From: Candidatus Aminicenantes bacterium | GTDB lineage: Bacteria; Acidobacteriota; Aminicenantia; Aminicenantales; Aminicenantaceae | Reading direction: 5' to 3' | NCBI GenBank assembly: GCA_029882525.1 | Contig: JAOUKO010000003.1 | Span: 1-49,621, forward strand | Length of the DNA stretch: 49,621 nucleotides | Shown: one piece after another, positions 46,258 to 49,621 of the stretch | Layout: the number at the start of each line of letters is the position of its first letter | Position numbering within the stretch: position 1 is the stretch's first letter | Translations under genes and position numbers: made by a program | The notes under the pieces: model-generated | Databases searched by the model: none | What the model saw: only the letters and a program-made list of their open reading frames with translations | Told to the model about the DNA's origin: nothing

Positions 46258-47307
46258 TCAAAAATTGAACTCTATGACCTTTTTCAATTCCTCATCTCCA
46301 GTCCTGTTTTTAAGGAGCGCGTGCAGCTTGCTTTTTTCCTGCCGGAGCCCTGCTATATCGCCCTCTATGGTATAAGGCACTTCGATTTTATACTTCTCCC
46401 TCTGTTTCTCTTTGAGCGCAGACTCTCTCAACTTCACCTCATAAACATCATCATAATCCCAGATAAGCCGGCCCTCAAGATCCTTCAATTCCAGGTGGAG
46501 TTCAAGAGTGGTCTTCAGCCATTCATCCTCTGCTTTAAACCAGATGCCCTTATAGGGGACCTCAACCAGAATCATCCCCTCAGCCCGGTTTGGTTCAATC
46601 AATGTCTTCTTCACATCCAGGCTGAAATCAAAAATACCCTTCTCTTCTAAAAAAGTCTCTTGAGCCACAGCAAGACGTCGACTTAAATCGTGTAAATACT
46701 CGACATCATGCCCATAACTCAGGTCGAGATGACTAAAAGGGGATAAGTCATACGTCGCCAGCCTGTAATCGCCGGTGCAGTTTGAATCGACAAAGACAAC
46801 CGGAAAACGGCCGTAATACCAGACCTCACCGCATTTCCTGTAGAGCGGACTTAGGGGATCTCTGTTTTCAGTGAGGTGGATTTCTCTGTATTGAGGAGGA
46901 CCAAAAAGAACAAAGATCCTTCCCCTGTCAGTCAAATATCCTTCTTTCCTTTCATCCCTGAAGAGCTCGTTGGCTGCATCCAGGCGCTTGTAATATTCCG
47001 TCCTGAATTCATTCTCTTCTGTGTCCGGGGTCGGATCCCGCCGCTTCCAGAAATCCTCTTTGAATTGTTCTCTTTCTGAATCCGGAAGCTCAAGAAAAAT
47101 CTTTCTTTCTTTTCTGGTCATAATATAATCGACTTGATACAAGAACCGGGCATCCTCCGCACCCAACTTTCTCTCCAGTCTGATTATTCGACTCGTGCAT
47201 GATGTGTATATGGCAGGCAGAAGGAAAAACGATAGAAAGACAGGCAAGAAAAAGATAGAGAAATTCCAAAAACGGGAGCGCATCCTCCAGTCTCCAAAAA
47301 TACTCAT
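46258..47307 (-). CDS. GWxTD domain protein
   Basis: FWKRRDPTPDTEENEF..EYYKRL..AN..F; GYLTDRGRIFVLFGPP; leader ending YTSC. Confidence 0.85.
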   Translation of the reverse strand: MSIFGDWRMRSRFWNFSIFFLPVFLSFFLLPAIYTSCTSRIIRLERKLGAEDARFLYQVDYIMTRKERKIFLELPDSEREQFKEDFWKRRDPTPDTEENEFRTEYYKRLDAANELFRDERKEGYLTDRGRIFVLFGPPQYREIHLTENRDPLSPLYRKCGEVWYYGRFPVVFVDSNCTGDYRLATYDLSPFSHLDLSYGHDVEYLHDLSRRLAVAQETFLEEKGIFDFSLDVKKTLIEPNRAEGMILVEVPYKGIWFKAEDEWLKTTLELHLELKDLEGRLIWDYDDVYEVKLRESALKEKQREKYKIEVPYTIEGDIAGLRQEKSKLHALLKNRTGDEELKKVIEFNF

Positions 47308-47418
47308 TTATCCTCCTCCCAGACTTTACCATAAACAGCAATTTTTATGCCAATATTGACTCTGTCCTTCAGCCTGTTCCCCTGCACTGGTTTTGCTTCA
47401 AGTAAAGACACAGGGCAT

Positions 47419-47460
47419 AAAGGGGACAGGATTTTTTAGGAAACAGCAGCCTGTCCCTTT
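47419..47460. repeat. Short family-C-related inverted repeat spanning the radical SAM stop codon
   Basis: AAAGGGGACAGG...GCAGCCTGTCCCTTT; minus-strand arm GGACAGGCTGCT resembles GGACTGGCTGCT at 30832. Confidence 0.5.
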
Positions 47461-48800
47461 TTTTCATCTGTCAGTTCTTTCAGCAGCTTCAAATCCCGGG
47501 GAGAAATATCTCCCATCAAAAACATGAAAGCGAGTTTATTATGAAGGAGGGGATCGGCATCTTGAGCGATATAACCTCCCTTTACGAGGTCTTTCCACTC
47601 ACAAGTGCCTGGCACAGGAGAAAAGTAAGCCAGCCGGGGCACCGCGCCCAGTCTTTGGACATGAAGGACACTCTCTTTCATGCTGGAATAAGTCTGGCCA
47701 AGCAATCCCACCATAAGGTAGACGTTGATCTCCTGACGCCTGTAACCGGCTCTCTCGAGATGGACAATCGCCCTTTCCAGATCACCTTCTGAAACTTTGG
47801 AGCCAGCTTTAGCCAGAACTCCAGCATCGGTGGATTCCTGACTGAGAAAGAGAGATTGAACGTTCGCTTTCTTGAAAAGAGAGGCCAGTTCAGAGTCAAT
47901 CTCTCTTACATGAAGGCCATTCGGAGTATGGAAGAAAACAGAAAGATCTCGCTGGATAACTCCTTTCAATAGAGGAACGATATGGTTTTCCTTCTTCAGG
48001 AGAAGGGCATCATCATAAAAAGCGAAATTCTGGGTTCTGTACCTCCGATGGTGATATTCAATTTCAGACACGACAGATGAAGGAGGCCTCTGTTCAAATT
48101 TTTTGCAAAGCAGAGGGCTGGCACAAAAAGAACATTCAAAAAGACACCCTCTTGAAGTGAGGACCGGCAGAACATCTTGTCCCGGTATTAAATCAAACGC
48201 AGGCCAGGGAATCTCATCCAGGGTTTCAACCTGAATATCCGGTGAATAACCGTCGCCAAAAATCTCCCTGATGAGGGGGAGGAATCCCCTTTCGCCCATG
48301 CCTTGAAAAATGACATCGGCTCCGGAAGTGCTTCTGGCGTGCTCCGGCAGCAGGGTGGCGTAGATTCCGCCCAGAACCACAGGAACCTGGCCGAATTTCC
48401 TCCGGATAAGCTCCACTACCAATTGAACTCCTGGATACCAGTAAGTCATGGTGCAGGTCAAAAGGACAAGGTCAGGGAACGGGACCTCTTCCAGCTCGTG
48501 AAGAAAAAGCTCGATGGGAATTCCGTAGCGTGAATATTTCCGGGGGACCTCTTTCAGGACAGAAGGCTTGGGGACTTCCTTTTTGAGAAAAGGTCCTCTC
48601 CCGTCCGGCTTCGTTTTTATAATTTTTTCAAGAGCAGGATGACGGCGGCTTAAACAGTCGATCAAGTGCAAACGGAACCGCGTGTATTTCTGAAGGAGCG
48701 ATGCGATATAGAGAAGGCCCAAAGGCCTCAGCCAAAAATCATAGGCCGTGAAATCGTAGATCCAGGGATTTATGAGAAGGATGTTCTTTGCTTTGGACAT
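47436..48800 (-). CDS. B12-binding domain radical SAM protein
   Basis: LLINPWIYDF..PLGLLYIAS, LGGIYATL, TSRGCLFECSFC (CxxxCxxC), FYDDAL, TPNGLH. Confidence 0.9.
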   Translation of the reverse strand: MSKAKNILLINPWIYDFTAYDFWLRPLGLLYIASLLQKYTRFRLHLIDCLSRRHPALEKIIKTKPDGRGPFLKKEVPKPSVLKEVPRKYSRYGIPIELFLHELEEVPFPDLVLLTCTMTYWYPGVQLVVELIRRKFGQVPVVLGGIYATLLPEHARSTSGADVIFQGMGERGFLPLIREIFGDGYSPDIQVETLDEIPWPAFDLIPGQDVLPVLTSRGCLFECSFCASPLLCKKFEQRPPSSVVSEIEYHHRRYRTQNFAFYDDALLLKKENHIVPLLKGVIQRDLSVFFHTPNGLHVREIDSELASLFKKANVQSLFLSQESTDAGVLAKAGSKVSEGDLERAIVHLERAGYRRQEINVYLMVGLLGQTYSSMKESVLHVQRLGAVPRLAYFSPVPGTCEWKDLVKGGYIAQDADPLLHNKLAFMFLMGDISPRDLKLLKELTDEKKGQAAVS

Positions 48801-48852
48801 ATGTCCATTTTATGTTCAACGGCCGCAGGAGGCCTCTGTCCTTGTGTTGAGC

Positions 48853-48940
48853 TGGTGCGGAAGGTGGGACTCGAACCCACACGGTCTTAAAGACCATAAA
48901 CTCCTGAGGCTTACGCGTCTACCAATTCCGCCACTTCCGC
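48853..48940 (-). tRNA. tRNA-Leu (anticodon CAG), CCA encoded
   Basis: GCGGAAGTGGCGGAATTGGTAGACGCGTAAGCCTCAGGAGTTTATGGTCTTTAAGACCGTGTGGGTTCGAGTCCCACCTTCCGCACCA; long variable arm. Confidence 0.96.
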
Positions 48941-48950
48941 AGGTTGTCAT

Positions 48951-48979
48951 ATTATAATAATAAGCTTAGCAAGAGTCAA
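48951..48979 (-). promoter_or_regulatory. sigma70 promoter of tRNA-Leu
   Basis: TTGACT-N17-TATAAT on the minus strand, ending 10 nt upstream of the tRNA. Confidence 0.8.
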
Positions 48980-49001
48980 TCTGGGGTCTGACCTTGAAAA
49001 C

Positions 49002-49030
49002 TTGACAAAATCGGGTTCTGTTCTTATTTT
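49002..49030 (+). promoter_or_regulatory. Putative sigma70 promoter of the eRF1-like gene
   Basis: TTGACA-N17-TATTTT. Confidence 0.5.
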
Positions 49031-49114
49031 ATCAAGCGGTGACACCTTCCAACTTCTGTCATACCTTTCAACTCAACCTTAGCCATTCATCTCAATCTCA
49101 GATAAGGAGGTCTG

Positions 49115-49621
49115 ATGAAACTTTCAAGCCAGGAGCAAGTTGAAAAGCTTTCCCAATTTCAGAGTGAAAATTTTCTAACCACCTCTTTTTACTTCGACAC
49201 GGACAAGGGCAGGATGCGGAAAAAGGAGATCAATCTCTCTTTGAAGAACCTGCTCAACACAAGTAAAACCCGAATAGAACAAATGGAAGTCAGTAAGAAG
49301 AAAAAGGGCTCGCTCAATAAAGACCTGGAGAAGATCAAGCATTTTTGCTCACAAAATCTTCCTTTGAATCATTCTTCAGGGCTGGCCATTTTTTCCTGCA
49401 GCAACCAGGACTTTTGGGAGTTCTTCAACCTGCCCAGCTCTCCGCCCAACAGAATTATATTTGACAAAAATCCCTATGTCCGGCCGCTCTCAGCGATCCT
49501 GGATGATCACCACCGCATTTTTGCCCTGACTCTGGACCGGAAAGAAGCCAAATGGTACGACATTTTCATGGATGAGATCTCGCTGCTGGACAGTCATGAA
49601 GAGGACGTTCCCAGTAAAGTC
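49115..49621 (+). CDS. Bacterial aeRF1/baeRF-like protein (3' end runs off the window; absent from the ORF track)
   Basis: TAAGGAGG RBS; MKLSSQEQ...TSFYFDTD...GLAIFSC...NRIIFDKNPYVRPLSAILDDH.RIFALTLDRKEAK. Confidence 0.75.
   Translation, partial: MKLSSQEQVEKLSQFQSENFLTTSFYFDTDKGRMRKKEINLSLKNLLNTSKTRIEQMEVSKKKKGSLNKDLEKIKHFCSQNLPLNHSSGLAIFSCSNQDFWEFFNLPSSPPNRIIFDKNPYVRPLSAILDDHHRIFALTLDRKEAKWYDIFMDEISLLDSHEEDVPSKV

Noticed and set aside
48853-48940. tRNA-Leu as an integration site for a genomic island
   Set aside because: I saw no duplicate of its 3' end and no integrase in the window

Overview
Bacterial chromosomal window of about 50 kb, mostly housekeeping and accessory metabolic genes. 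The gene content (tandem Acidobacteria-type VWFA proteins, a GWxTD protein, an Oar-like TonB-dependent receptor, BNR/VPS10 and GH106/GH116 hydrolases) suggests an Acidobacteriota/Aminicenantia-like diderm; this is inference only. Recognisable genes include lepA, tsaD, mtnA, tatA, an OSBS/NSAR enzyme, a ROK kinase, TolC, an ECF sigma/anti-sigma/2x DUF4097 operon, tRNA-Leu(CAG), two paralogous HD-GYP proteins and an eRF1-like protein cut by the right edge. No CRISPR array, prophage, integrase or transposase is visible. The most striking unexplained structure is intergenic: at least four families of short palindromic, apparently non-autonomous repeats. Family A is a 174-bp multi-hairpin bounded by GTCAA (x3, with a nested hairpin indel), family B a ~178-bp element with 20-bp TIRs (x4), family C GGGACTGTCCC REPIN-like elements, and family D a ~300-bp TIR element with deletion derivatives (x4). 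There is also a perfect 25-bp inverted repeat after lepA and a candidate structured small RNA with exposed anti-Shine-Dalgarno motifs convergent on an NYN ribonuclease gene. All assignments were made by eye from motifs; no database search was run.
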